From Nitrospirota bacterium (lineage in GTDB: Bacteria > Nitrospirota > Thermodesulfovibrionia > Thermodesulfovibrionales > JdFR-86), in NCBI GenBank assembly GCA_963721805.1, contig CAVRJY010000001.1:1024001-1088000 (forward strand): a stretch of 64,000 nt of DNA. The letters are read 5' to 3'. Shown here piece after piece: positions 18,119 through 27,469 of this stretch (within the stretch, counting starts at the first letter, position 1; the number at the start of each line of letters is the position of its first letter). The notes under the pieces are model-generated. The model searched no databases and was not told where the DNA came from. It was given only the letters and a program-made list of their open reading frames with translations. The position numbers were made by a program, and so were the translations under genes.

Positions 18119-19417
18119 TTGGGCAAGGATGTGATTAACGTAGGCGTGATCGGGTTTGGCACGGTAGGGTCCGGCACGGTCAAGCTGCTGATCAACAATA
18201 AAGACGTCATCAGGGACCGCCTGGGCTTCGAGGTCAACCTCAAGACCGTCGCGGACAAGGATACCAAGACGGACCGCGGCATCAGGCTCCCCGAGGGCAT
18301 GCTGGTCGACAGCGCCGACGCGGTGCTGGGTGACCCGGACATCGACATAGTGGTCGAGCTCGTCGGCGGCTATACGTTTGCCAAAGACGTGATGCTCCGC
18401 GCCATACGCGCTGGCAAGAGCGTGGTCACGGCGAATAAGGCGCTGCTTGCGGTGCACGGAGCCGAGATATTTAAAGAGGCCGCCGCCAAGGGCGTGGACG
18501 TGGGGTTTGAGGCATCGGTGGCCGGCGGCATCCCAATCATCAAGGTTATCCGCGAGGGGCTGATCGCCAACCGCTTCCTCTCGGTCTTCGGGATCGTAAA
18601 CGGCACGACCAACTACATACTTACGAAGATGACCAGCGAGGGCTCGGATTTCAAGGACGTGCTCGGCGAGGCCCAGAGGCTCGGGTACGCCGAAGCGGAC
18701 CCCACGTTTGACATCGAGGGCGTGGACGCCGCGCACAAGCTCACGATACTGGGCACGCTCGCCTTCGGCTTGCCGCTTTCGTTTGACCAGGTATACAAAG
18801 AGGGCATCACGAAGATCACCGCGCTGGACATCGCATACGCCAAGGAGTTCGGGTACAAGATCAAGCTCCTGGCGGTCGCGAAGGCCGTCGACGGCGAGGT
18901 CGAGCTTAGAGTCAACCCAACGATGGTGCCGCAGGATTACCTGATCTCGAAGGTCGACGGCGTGTTCAACGCGGTATACGTCAAGGGCGACTTCGTCGGC
19001 GACACGATGTACTACGGACGCGGCGCGGGCGACCTGCCCACAGCGAGCGCCGTGGTGGCCGACATCGCCGAGATCGCGGCCTCGATACGCGGGGGTTACA
19101 GGCGCAGGCCGCTGTACGTCAGCCCCAACCCGCCGCGCATAAAGAAGATCGAGGAGATCAGCACAAAATACTTCCTCAGGTTCTCGGCGCTCGACAAGCC
19201 GGGCGTCCTGTCCAGGATCGCGGGCACCCTCGGGGCTCACAGCATAAGCATCGCCTCTATGATCCAGAAGGGCCGCAGCGACGGCGAGGCCGTCCCTGTG
19301 GTGATACTCACCCATATGGCCAGGGAGAAGGACGTCCGCGACGCGCTGGCCGAGATCGACGCGATGCCGGTGATCGCGGAGAAGACCTTGCTGCTGCGCG
19401 TCGAGGGAGACGAGTAG
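18119..19417 (+). CDS. hom: Homoserine dehydrogenase with ACT domain
   Basis: GFGTVG, VTANKA, FEASVAGGIP, GYAEADPTFD motifs; C-terminal DKPGVL ACT. Confidence 0.97.
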   Translation: MGKDVINVGVIGFGTVGSGTVKLLINNKDVIRDRLGFEVNLKTVADKDTKTDRGIRLPEGMLVDSADAVLGDPDIDIVVELVGGYTFAKDVMLRAIRAGKSVVTANKALLAVHGAEIFKEAAAKGVDVGFEASVAGGIPIIKVIREGLIANRFLSVFGIVNGTTNYILTKMTSEGSDFKDVLGEAQRLGYAEADPTFDIEGVDAAHKLTILGTLAFGLPLSFDQVYKEGITKITALDIAYAKEFGYKIKLLAVAKAVDGEVELRVNPTMVPQDYLISKVDGVFNAVYVKGDFVGDTMYYGRGAGDLPTASAVVADIAEIAASIRGGYRRRPLYVSPNPPRIKKIEEISTKYFLRFSALDKPGVLSRIAGTLGAHSISIASMIQKGRSDGEAVPVVILTHMAREKDVRDALAEIDAMPVIAEKTLLLRVEGDE

Positions 19418-19424
19418 GGCGCGG

Positions 19425-20195
19425 GTGGAGCTCAGCCCTGCCCAGAGTGAACGCTACGGCCGGCACCTCGTGCTCGCCGGTGTGGGGATCGAGGGGCAGC
19501 GGAAGTTATCAGAGGCCCGCGTGCTCATCGTCGGCGCGGGCGGGCTCGGCTGTCCGATAGGATTCTATCTTGCGGCCGCTGGCGTAGGCAACATAACGCT
19601 TGTCGATAACGACCTCGTAGAGCTTGGCAACCTCCAGCGCCAGATAGCCCACCGGACGGATAAGATCGGAACGCCGAAGGTGCTATCGCTACGTGACGCG
19701 ATGCTCGGGCTGAATCCAGAGATACGGGTAACGCCGGTGCAGGAGCGCCTCGGTCCGGAGAACGCGGAACGGCTCATAAAGGGCCATGATGTCGTGGTCG
19801 ATGCCTCGGACAACTTCCCTACGCGTTTCCTGATTAACGACATCTGCGTGCTGATGGGCATCAGGCTCGTCACCGGCGCGGTATCCGGATATGAGGGCCA
19901 GGCGATGACCGTGCTGCCGCCCGAGACCGCATGCTACCGCTGCGTATTCGAGGCCCCGCCGCCCTATGGCGCCGTACCGTCGCCAGACGTCGTTGGGCTG
20001 CTAAGCACGATCCCAGGCGTGATAGGCACTATCCAGGCCACCGAGGTGCTGAAGCTGATCCTCGGCATAGGTGAGACGCTCGCCGGCCGGCTGTTGATCT
20101 TCGATGCGCTTGCGATGCGATTCCGCACGGTGCCGGTAGGCCGCAACCCCGCCTGCGCGGTATGTGGCGAGACGCCGCCGACCAAAACTATTTAA
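19425..20195 (+). CDS. moeB: MoeB/ThiF-family adenylyltransferase
   Basis: RYGRH, VGAGGLG, NLQRQ, CYRC and CAVC motifs. Confidence 0.85.
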   Translation: MELSPAQSERYGRHLVLAGVGIEGQRKLSEARVLIVGAGGLGCPIGFYLAAAGVGNITLVDNDLVELGNLQRQIAHRTDKIGTPKVLSLRDAMLGLNPEIRVTPVQERLGPENAERLIKGHDVVVDASDNFPTRFLINDICVLMGIRLVTGAVSGYEGQAMTVLPPETACYRCVFEAPPPYGAVPSPDVVGLLSTIPGVIGTIQATEVLKLILGIGETLAGRLLIFDALAMRFRTVPVGRNPACAVCGETPPTKTI

Positions 20196-20209
20196 AGGAG
20201 GCCCCTGCG

Positions 20210-20635
20210 GTGCTTGATGAGCTAAAGCCCGGCCTGACGTTCGAGTTTCAATACACGGTGCCCGATAACCGGACGGTCGCGGCCCTGCTGCCTGAGTCAG
20301 AGGAGTTTCAGGAGATGCCGGAAGTATTCGCGACCGGCTACATGGTCGGTATCTTCGAGTGGGCCTGCGTCAGGGCTATAAAGCCATTCCTGGACTGGCC
20401 GAAGGAGCAGACGGTTGGTGTGCATGTCTGTTTCAGCCACATAGCCGCGACCCCTCCGGGCATGACCGTGACAGTCAAGGGCAGGCTCGATAAGGTCGAG
20501 GGCCGCAAGCTTGGTTTTTCGCTCGAGGCTCATGACGGCGTGGACAAGATCTCCGAGGGCACACACGAGAGGTTCGTGATCTACCCCGAGAAGTTTAACG
20601 TCAAGGCAAGGGAAAAGCTCAAGGCGGGCGGATAA
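20210..20635 (+). CDS. Fluoroacetyl-CoA thioesterase-like (hotdog) protein
   Basis: VFATGYMVGIFEWAC, TVG...SHIAATPPG, GTHERF; AAGGAGG before GTG. Confidence 0.85.
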   Translation: MLDELKPGLTFEFQYTVPDNRTVAALLPESEEFQEMPEVFATGYMVGIFEWACVRAIKPFLDWPKEQTVGVHVCFSHIAATPPGMTVTVKGRLDKVEGRKLGFSLEAHDGVDKISEGTHERFVIYPEKFNVKAREKLKAGG

Positions 20636-20675
20636 ACCTAGCAAACCTCTGAGAACCAGCATTGAAGCTGATTGC

Positions 20676-21191
20676 TTATTTCGTTATCCAGATTTTATCG
20701 TTTTCATGCGCTCTGTTAACAAACGAACGCATTCTGTTGATATCATTCCATTCCATAAGTTTTGTGGACTCGTCCCACTCTTTCGCCGCCTCTTCGGTAA
20801 GTCCGATGTTTTCTGTTGCTTCTGCAAGACGACCAAGATTCATTGCATAATCGATTCTGTCGGCTTTTTCTTGATTGGGTATTTTAATTATTCGCTCCAT
20901 GACCAGAGGAGCAAATGGAAACGATAATGTCCACGCGGTCTTCATATCTTCAAATGTTTTTAGTTTGCCCATGTGTGATGAATCGGCAATATTAGTTCTA
21001 TATATGAACTCAGCGTATTTATCACCGTCTTTGTGAGCAATAGCTGCAAGCTTCTCTTGCTCTACATAATAACTTATCCTTATGCATTCAACTGAAACCT
21101 TATATGCCCGCGCCGAGAGATACCCCATGATGAGCACACCGACAAGGATGCCAGCAATAAACAGAGTTGCATAACGCAGATATTTCATCAA
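20676..21191 (-). CDS. AT-rich hypothetical membrane-anchored protein
   Basis: 171-aa ORF with N-terminal TM; visibly lower GC than neighbours. Confidence 0.65.
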   Translation of the reverse strand: MMKYLRYATLFIAGILVGVLIMGYLSARAYKVSVECIRISYYVEQEKLAAIAHKDGDKYAEFIYRTNIADSSHMGKLKTFEDMKTAWTLSFPFAPLVMERIIKIPNQEKADRIDYAMNLGRLAEATENIGLTEEAAKEWDESTKLMEWNDINRMRSFVNRAHENDKIWITK

Positions 21192-21286
21192 CGTATGGTA
21201 ATCGGTGAATAATTATATGTCAATGCTGTTGTCGCTCAGTGGTGGCATTCAATGGAATCAAAAAGATAGCGGAAGACCCTTAGCTA

Positions 21287-21316
21287 TTGACAGTTAAGAG
21301 CAGTCTGTGATAAATT
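21287..21316 (+). promoter_or_regulatory. Sigma70-type promoter
   Basis: TTGACA (21287-21292), 18 nt, extended TG-n-TAAATT (21308-21316). Confidence 0.7.
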
Positions 21317-21321
21317 TTCGC

Positions 21322-21477
21322 ATGCTGCATGACAACAAGATAGCCGCCTCAAGCGATATCCATTCTGCTCGAGCTACGCGCGCAAGCTCCGTAGCCTTGG
21401 GGTGTCTGCTTAGCTAGTATTTATACTTAGATAACATAACCCATTAAGGCCACGGAATATAAACCGTGGCCTTTTTT
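21322..21477 (+). promoter_or_regulatory. Leader-peptide transcription attenuator upstream of phzF-like gene
   Basis: 31-aa uORF 21322-21417; alternative pairings GCTACG / CCGTAGCCTT / AAGGCCACGG / CCGTGGCCTT+U-tract. Confidence 0.7.
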
Positions 21478-21499
21478 ATTTTGTAAAGGAGGGCTGGAC

Positions 21500-22291
21500 A
21501 TGAGGATTTATCAGGTAGACGTATTTACGGACAGGGTGTTTTCGGGAAACCCGGCAGGGGTGTGCGTATTAAACGAGCCTGCCTCAGAGATTTGGATGCA
21601 AAACGTCGCCGCTGAGATGAACCTCTCCGAGACGGCGTATCTCGTGAGGGAGGCAGATGCGTTCCGGCTGCGGTGGTTCACTCCGAAAAAGGAGGTCGAT
21701 CTTTGCGGGCATGCCACATTGGCCAGCGCGCACGTGTTGTGGGAATCCGGAGCGCTTTCGCCGGGCGATGAGGCGCGGTTCATCTCCAAAAGCGGTCCGT
21801 TGAGCGCATCGAGAAATGGGGAGCATATAGTGCTCGATTTCCCCTCCGAGGAGGACTCCGAGAGCGCCGCCCCCGTTGAGCTGACAGCAGGGCTCGGCGT
21901 TGAGCTGAAATATGTGGGGAGAAACCGCATGGACTATGTCGTGGAGGTCGCGTCAGAGGCAATGGTGCGTTCGCTCAAGCCCGACCTTCAGAGGCTAAAG
22001 AGGCTCGACGTACGGGGCGTCATTGTAACTAGCATCGCGGATAGCGGGGGTGTAGACTTTGTCTCGCGGTTCTTTGCTCCAGCATACGGAATTGACGAGG
22101 ACCCGGTGACCGGTTCCGCGCATTGCTGTCTTGGCCCGTACTGGAAGCGCAGGCTCCACAAGGATGAGTTCTCGGCTTATCAGGCATCGGCAAGGGGAGG
22201 ATACCTGAGCGTCAAGGTGGGCCAAGGCAGGATATACATTGGTGGCAAGGCGATCACTGTCTTTGCCGCCGACATGCGGGCAGGCAGCTGA
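21500..22291 (+). CDS. PhzF-family isomerase
   Basis: QVDVFT..FSGNPA, EMNLSETA, EVDLCGHATLA, EDPVTGSAH motifs. Confidence 0.93.
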   Translation: MRIYQVDVFTDRVFSGNPAGVCVLNEPASEIWMQNVAAEMNLSETAYLVREADAFRLRWFTPKKEVDLCGHATLASAHVLWESGALSPGDEARFISKSGPLSASRNGEHIVLDFPSEEDSESAAPVELTAGLGVELKYVGRNRMDYVVEVASEAMVRSLKPDLQRLKRLDVRGVIVTSIADSGGVDFVSRFFAPAYGIDEDPVTGSAHCCLGPYWKRRLHKDEFSAYQASARGGYLSVKVGQGRIYIGGKAITVFAADMRAGS

Positions 22292-22303
22292 TAAGAGCCG
22301 GCC

Positions 22304-22870
22304 TCAGCCCCTTGGCTTGGCGAGGATCTCGAGCACCTTAAGCTCCAGAAACCGCTTCGAGACCGCGCTTCTGACGACCATGACCGTATCGGCGCCGTAG
22401 GCCGTGCCCGCCACGCAGATGACCTCTTCCTTCTCCGGGATCAGCCCCGAATCGGCTGCCATCATCACGCACTCCAGCCCGACCTTCGCGCCATCTCCGA
22501 ACCGCCTGAGCGAGTTGGCGACGACGGTCGTGAGATATGAGCCGCTGAACTTGCCCGAAAACGCGGTGTCCAGCGAATGCGTGACCATCGTGCCGGTCTG
22601 CACTCGCGCCCCGTGCGACTCGATCCGCTTTCGGATCTCCTCGGGCATCTCGCTGGAGTTAGGCTCCCTGAACCCGTAGGAGTGGGTTATGACCACGAGG
22701 TTCACCGACGCGCCTAGTGCCTCGGCCATAGCGAGCCCGGTCGTGCCGGTGGTAGATGCGACTACGACGTGCTTGTATCCGTCCGAGGCGCACGCTGCCT
22801 TGACCAGCGCCACGCAGTCCTCGGTATTGTCCTTGCCCGGCTTCTCGAAGTAGACGATTTTCTTTTCCAT
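22304..22870 (-). CDS. Pyruvate kinase C-terminal-like domain protein
   Basis: YFEKPGKDNT, VVASTTG.T, LRRFG.GAKV..EC..MAADSG, GADT motifs. Confidence 0.85.
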   Translation of the reverse strand: MEKKIVYFEKPGKDNTEDCVALVKAACASDGYKHVVVASTTGTTGLAMAEALGASVNLVVITHSYGFREPNSSEMPEEIRKRIESHGARVQTGTMVTHSLDTAFSGKFSGSYLTTVVANSLRRFGDGAKVGLECVMMAADSGLIPEKEEVICVAGTAYGADTVMVVRSAVSKRFLELKVLEILAKPRG

Positions 22871-22887
22871 GCCCCATTATACCCATA

Positions 22888-22924
22888 AAACAAAGGCCCC
22901 GCAACTTCTAAAGGCTGCGGGGCC
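22888..22924 (-). terminator. Intrinsic terminator after acyl-CoA dehydrogenase
   Basis: GGCCCCGCA / TGCGGGGCC stem with U-rich tail on the minus strand. Confidence 0.65.
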
Positions 22925-22945
22925 GGATGGTTTGTTAAACGCGGG

Positions 22946-24109
22946 CTACTTGCTCTTGGACGCCGCCTCTTTTATCAGGGCCTGGCCGATGACGTTGCGC
23001 TGGATCTGGTTCGTACCCTCGTAGATCTGGAGTATCTTGGCGTCGCGCATCATCTTCTCCACCGGGTACTCGCGCATATAGCCCGAGCCGCCCATGACCT
23101 GCACCGCGTTGGTCGTGACCTTCATGCAGACGTCCGTGGCGAAGACCTTGGCCATCGCCGAGAGCTTGGAGTAGTCCTTGCCCCCGCCGTCGATGAAGCG
23201 GGCGACTGAGTATACGAGGGCCCTTGCGGCCTCGGTCTCGGTGGCCATGTCCGCGAGCATGTGCTGCACGGCCTGAAAGCTGATGATCGGCTGGCCGAAC
23301 TGCACGCGCTGGCGGGCGAACTTGATCGCCTCGTCGATCGCGCCCTGCGCCACCCCGACGCCCTGCGCGCCAACGCCCACGCGGGCCTGGTCGAGCGTCT
23401 TCATCGCGACGATGAAGCCCATGCCCTCCTTGGCGATGAGGTTGGCCTTGGGGATGCGGCAGTTCTGAAACACGAGCTCGCGGGTCGAGGAGCAGCGGAT
23501 GCCCATCTTCTTTTCCTTCTTGCCGAAGGTGAAGCCCGGCGTGTCCTTCTCGACGATGAACGCCGAGGCGCCGCGCGCGCCCTTTGAGCGGTCGGTGATA
23601 GCGATGATCGTGTAGATCTCGGCCTCGCCGCCGTTGGTGATCCACTGCTTGGTGCCGTTCAGGACGTACTCGTCGCCGTCGAGCTTGGCGGTCGTCTGGA
23701 TGCCGGCCGCGTCCGATCCGGCGTTGGCCTCGGTGAGGCCGAACGCGACGAGCCGCTTGCCGGTGGCTATGTCGGGCAGGTATTTCTTTTTCTGGCCGTC
23801 CGTGCCGAAAAGCAGTATCGGGTAGGTCCCTAACGCGTTTGCGGCATACGTGGTAGCGACGCCGAGGCAGGCCTTCGAGAGTTCCTCGACCGCGAGGCAG
23901 AGCTCGACGCTCCCCATGCCGAGGCCGCCGTACTCCGACGGCACGAATATGCCGAGCAGGTCGGACTGCGATATGACCTTTATGACCTCCCAGGGGAACT
24001 CCTCATGCTCGTCGAGGTGCTCGCGGACGGGTACGATCTTCTCGACCGCTATCTGGCGGGCCGTGTCCCTAATCATCAGCTGCTCTTCGGTCATAAACAG
24101 TTCCTGCAT
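22946..24109 (-). CDS. Acyl-CoA dehydrogenase
   Basis: FGLTEANAGSD, NGTKQWITNG, KMGIR.S.T, QIYEGTNQIQR motifs. Confidence 0.95.
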   Translation of the reverse strand: MQELFMTEEQLMIRDTARQIAVEKIVPVREHLDEHEEFPWEVIKVISQSDLLGIFVPSEYGGLGMGSVELCLAVEELSKACLGVATTYAANALGTYPILLFGTDGQKKKYLPDIATGKRLVAFGLTEANAGSDAAGIQTTAKLDGDEYVLNGTKQWITNGGEAEIYTIIAITDRSKGARGASAFIVEKDTPGFTFGKKEKKMGIRCSSTRELVFQNCRIPKANLIAKEGMGFIVAMKTLDQARVGVGAQGVGVAQGAIDEAIKFARQRVQFGQPIISFQAVQHMLADMATETEAARALVYSVARFIDGGGKDYSKLSAMAKVFATDVCMKVTTNAVQVMGGSGYMREYPVEKMMRDAKILQIYEGTNQIQRNVIGQALIKEAASKSK

Positions 24110-24145
24110 TACTCGCCTCCGAACCTGCAATCTTTATTTTTCTTC

Positions 24146-24883
24146 CTAGTCGATGTTGATGAGGTACTTGGCAGCGACGGACTCAAGCGTCACCTCGGAC
24201 GCCTTGCCTGCGGCTATCTGGCGCAGGGCCGCGAGGTCCGAGGCCCATGCGAGGTTGCCGGGCGCCAGGATGCAGCGCGATCCGGCCGTGTACTTGGTCG
24301 ATAGCCTGCCCTCGGCTGTGTAGTAGTACGTGACGTCCTCCCTGAGCTCGTCGACCGGGTAGCGCCGCATTGATGGCGGGAAGTCCGACGGCGTAAACCA
24401 GAGCTTCGTCTCGCGCTCGGCGTCCGCTAGGTTCGCCGAGGCGTGGATGAGGTTGTCCATGCGATCCCCGATGATCTTCCCCGAGGCGTCCTTGATGTTG
24501 ACTATCGTGCCCAGGGAACGGATCGAGCCGGGCTTTTCCTCGCGCGCGACGTGCGGGTTCGTCGGGCCGCAGATGTCGCGTATCTGCTTGACCGCATTCG
24601 GGCCCTGATACACGAGCGCTATCGTCCTGCGCCTCTCGGGCGCGTCGGGGTAGTGCAGCTCACCGGCGATGTACTCAAGCAGCGAGGGGTAGAAGACTTT
24701 GCCCTTGTGCTCGGCGTAGTGCTCGGCCGCGAGCATCCCGTTAACCTTCACGACCTTGGCCGCGCTGAAGCGCAGGCCGGTATGGAACTCAGAGAGCTGC
24801 GAGAGTATATAGCCGGTGAGTGAGTTTTTCATCGCGTCGGGCTTGATGAGTACCAGCGTCTGTTCCTTGTTGAGCTCTGTCAT
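24146..24883 (-). CDS. ndk: Nucleoside-diphosphate kinase (long form)
   Basis: EQTLVLIKPD, HYAEH.GK.FY, GPTNP..A...PGSIR, NLIHAS motifs. Confidence 0.9.
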   Translation of the reverse strand: MTELNKEQTLVLIKPDAMKNSLTGYILSQLSEFHTGLRFSAAKVVKVNGMLAAEHYAEHKGKVFYPSLLEYIAGELHYPDAPERRRTIALVYQGPNAVKQIRDICGPTNPHVAREEKPGSIRSLGTIVNIKDASGKIIGDRMDNLIHASANLADAERETKLWFTPSDFPPSMRRYPVDELREDVTYYYTAEGRLSTKYTAGSRCILAPGNLAWASDLAALRQIAAGKASEVTLESVAAKYLINID

Positions 24884-24908
24884 CCTGTGATCCCTTTCGT
24901 CCGGCAGC

Positions 24909-25838
24909 CTAATTGCCTTCGAGGCTGCTTATAAGTTTTCTGGTCGCCTCGGCCGAGGCCTCAAGCAGCCTGACCTCGTCTTGCGTGAGGCTGATTTCGA
25001 CTATGCGCTCGACGCCGTCTTTGCCTAGCACAGTCGGCGCGCCGAAGAATATGTCGCTTATGCCGTACTGGCCGGTGAGGTACACCGAGCAGGGCAGCAT
25101 GCGCTTTTCGTCGAGGATTATCGAGCGGACCATCTCGAACGTAGCTGCCGCCGGGGCGTAAAACGCGCTCCCGTGCTTGAGCAGGGCCACGATCTCGGCC
25201 CCGCCGTTTTGGGTGCGCCTGATCAGCTCCGCAATGCGCTCGGGGCTGAACAGTTCGGTGACCGGTATGCCCTTGACCGTCGTGTACTTCGGCATCGGCA
25301 CCATCTGGTCGCCGTGGCCGCCCATCACGAGCGCCTCGACGTCGCGCACCGAGACCCCGGCCTCCCACGCCACAAAGGTGCGGAACCGCGTGGCGTCCAG
25401 TACGCCGCCCATCCCGATGACGCGATGCTGCGAGAGCTGCGCGCTCTTAAACGCGAGCTGCGCCATCACGTCCATCGGGTTCGTCACGATGATGAAGATT
25501 GCGTCTGGCGAGAATTTCGCGGTGCTCAAGGCCACGTCCTTGACGATCTTTGCGTTGGCGTGCAGGAGGTCGTCGCGGGACATGCCGGGTTTGCGGGCGA
25601 GCCCGGCCGTGATTACGACGATGTCGGAGTCGCGCGTCTCGTCGTAGTGCGTCGTGCCGCGTACCGATGCGGATGAGCCCCAGAGCGGGCAGGCCTCGGC
25701 CATGTCCAGGGCCTTGCCTTCGGCAAGGCCGTCCACCACGTCGAACATCATTACGTCCGCAAGCCCCGAGGCCGTGATGAGCTGTACGAGCGAGGCCCCG
25801 ACGTTTCCAGCGCCTACCACTGTGATTTTTCTTTTCAT
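24909..25838 (-). CDS. mdh: Malate dehydrogenase (LDH-like)
   Basis: VGAGNVG, ITAGLARKPGMSRDDL, TNPMD, GGHGD motifs. Confidence 0.97.
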   Translation of the reverse strand: MKRKITVVGAGNVGASLVQLITASGLADVMMFDVVDGLAEGKALDMAEACPLWGSSASVRGTTHYDETRDSDIVVITAGLARKPGMSRDDLLHANAKIVKDVALSTAKFSPDAIFIIVTNPMDVMAQLAFKSAQLSQHRVIGMGGVLDATRFRTFVAWEAGVSVRDVEALVMGGHGDQMVPMPKYTTVKGIPVTELFSPERIAELIRRTQNGGAEIVALLKHGSAFYAPAAATFEMVRSIILDEKRMLPCSVYLTGQYGISDIFFGAPTVLGKDGVERIVEISLTQDEVRLLEASAEATRKLISSLEGN

Positions 25839-25901
25839 AGAAGCCCCTATTATATATGCATTACAGTTGGAATCTCAAGGAGTTATAGACTAAAATAGCA
25901 T

Positions 25902-26501
25902 ATGAAACGATATATATTGGGCTTTAGCGGCGCAAGCGGCCAGATATTCGGCTTGGCGGTCCTGGGCGGACTGCTCAGCTCGGGGGCCGAGGTCCACGTC
26001 GTGGCCTCTCCAAACGCGCTTGGGATGCTCCGCGACGAGTGCGGCAGGGACTGGGCCGGAGGCACCCCCGCCGGTATCGCGGAGAAGATCTCGGCGGAGT
26101 TTTCATCCCCGAACGTGCGCTACTGGGACTCCGGCGACCTCGCGGCCCCGATCTCGAGCGGCTCGTTTAAGACCGACGGGATGCTCGTCGTGCCGTGTTC
26201 GGTCAAGACGCTCGCGGGGATCGCCAACGGGTATGCCGGCACGCTGATCGAACGCGCCGCGGACGTGACGATAAAGGAGGGAAGGCGGCTCCTGATCTCG
26301 CCGCGCGAGATGCCGTTTAGCGCGATACACCTCGAAAACATGCTGAAGCTCGCTCGCCTCGGGGTCGTCATAGCCCCGCCGGTCCCGGCGTTCTACCACG
26401 GGGCGCGAGACCTCGACGGGGTGGTGGACTTCGTGGCCGGTAAGATACTGGACGCCTTCGGGGTGCCGCATGAGTTATTTAAACCGTGGGGCGGCGCGTA
26501 A
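25902..26501 (+). CDS. ubiX: Flavin prenyltransferase UbiX
   Basis: GFSGASG, APISSGS, PCSVKTL, ERAADV.IKE.R, PREMP, PAFYH motifs. Confidence 0.95.
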   Translation: MKRYILGFSGASGQIFGLAVLGGLLSSGAEVHVVASPNALGMLRDECGRDWAGGTPAGIAEKISAEFSSPNVRYWDSGDLAAPISSGSFKTDGMLVVPCSVKTLAGIANGYAGTLIERAADVTIKEGRRLLISPREMPFSAIHLENMLKLARLGVVIAPPVPAFYHGARDLDGVVDFVAGKILDAFGVPHELFKPWGGA

Positions 26502-26551
26502 TTATGACGCGCGTCATGGCGGGCCGTTTGGCGTGGTGGTAGGATAAAGGC

Positions 26552-26800
26552 ATGCTGAAAGACGGATGTCCAGGAAGCGCCGAGATCAGGGCCCCGTACC
26601 CCGAGGAGCTGATGTGCCCCCACTGCCACACGCGCAATGAGATCTGGAGCGACGAGCCCGATATGATATGCAAGGGCTGCGGCCGGAGCATCGACCGCGA
26701 GATGCGCTCATCGTGCATTCAGTGGTGCCCGCAGGCCAAGGACTGCGTTGGCGCTGCGAAATACGAACGCCTGATGGCGGCCTTCAAGTCCCAGAAGTAG
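26552..26800 (+). CDS. Small Cys-rich (Zn-ribbon-like) protein
   Basis: CPG, CPHC..EIWSDE..CKGCG, SCIQWC..A..CVG. Confidence 0.75.
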   Translation: MLKDGCPGSAEIRAPYPEELMCPHCHTRNEIWSDEPDMICKGCGRSIDREMRSSCIQWCPQAKDCVGAAKYERLMAAFKSQK

Positions 26801-26824
26801 CGCCCCCAGCCCGGCGAAGGAGAG

Positions 26825-27376
26825 CTACTTCGAGGCCGCGGGCGGGCCGGTGAGCTTCTTGATCTCATCCTTTACTGACGCGGCGTTTGGCGCATTGGGG
26901 GCGAGTTCCAGATATTTCTCCAGCTCAGCCTTCGCGCCCTCTTTGTCCCCGGCATAAAAGGCCAGCGACAGGCCGAGGTTCAGGTGCGCATTGGTGTTGT
27001 TCGGGTCGAGCTCGATGGCCCTCCTGTATTCCTGCATCGACCGCACATCGTATCCGAGCCAGTGCAGGCAGGTGCCAAAATCCACGCGCACGTCGGCGTC
27101 ATCGGGTTTGATTTCCAGGGCCTTGTTATAGTTCTCGGCCGCCAGATTGTAGTCCTGCTCGTCCATGCTGAGGTTTCCGAGCCTTATCAGGGCATCGACG
27201 TTCTTCGGGTCTTTGCGGATCATTTCCTTGAGGCTGGCGATTTCCGCTTTCGTCTGCGCCTCCGTCATTGCCTTGGGCGCCGTTTCCGGATTGGCGGTTG
27301 AGACATCGGCGGGCTTGTGCTGGCACCCGATCAGGGCCGCAAGCGCAACGGCCGCAAGGATCAATCTCATTTTCAT
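26825..27376 (-). CDS. TPR-repeat lipoprotein
   Basis: Lipobox LIGC, three TPR units. Confidence 0.85.
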   Translation of the reverse strand: MKMRLILAAVALAALIGCQHKPADVSTANPETAPKAMTEAQTKAEIASLKEMIRKDPKNVDALIRLGNLSMDEQDYNLAAENYNKALEIKPDDADVRVDFGTCLHWLGYDVRSMQEYRRAIELDPNNTNAHLNLGLSLAFYAGDKEGAKAELEKYLELAPNAPNAASVKDEIKKLTGPPAASK

Positions 27377-27469
27377 ACTTTCCCTCTTATCGTACGGTCA
27401 GTCATGCTGATTAGCCCGCCCGGCTCAGGATGGGGGCCCCGGCGCGGTTTGCGGCCGGGCGCGGCCCCG

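Noticed and set aside
21322..21477. T-box or metabolite riboswitch
   Set aside because: No T-box UGGnACC bulge or recognisable aptamer; the uORF-coupled attenuator fits better.
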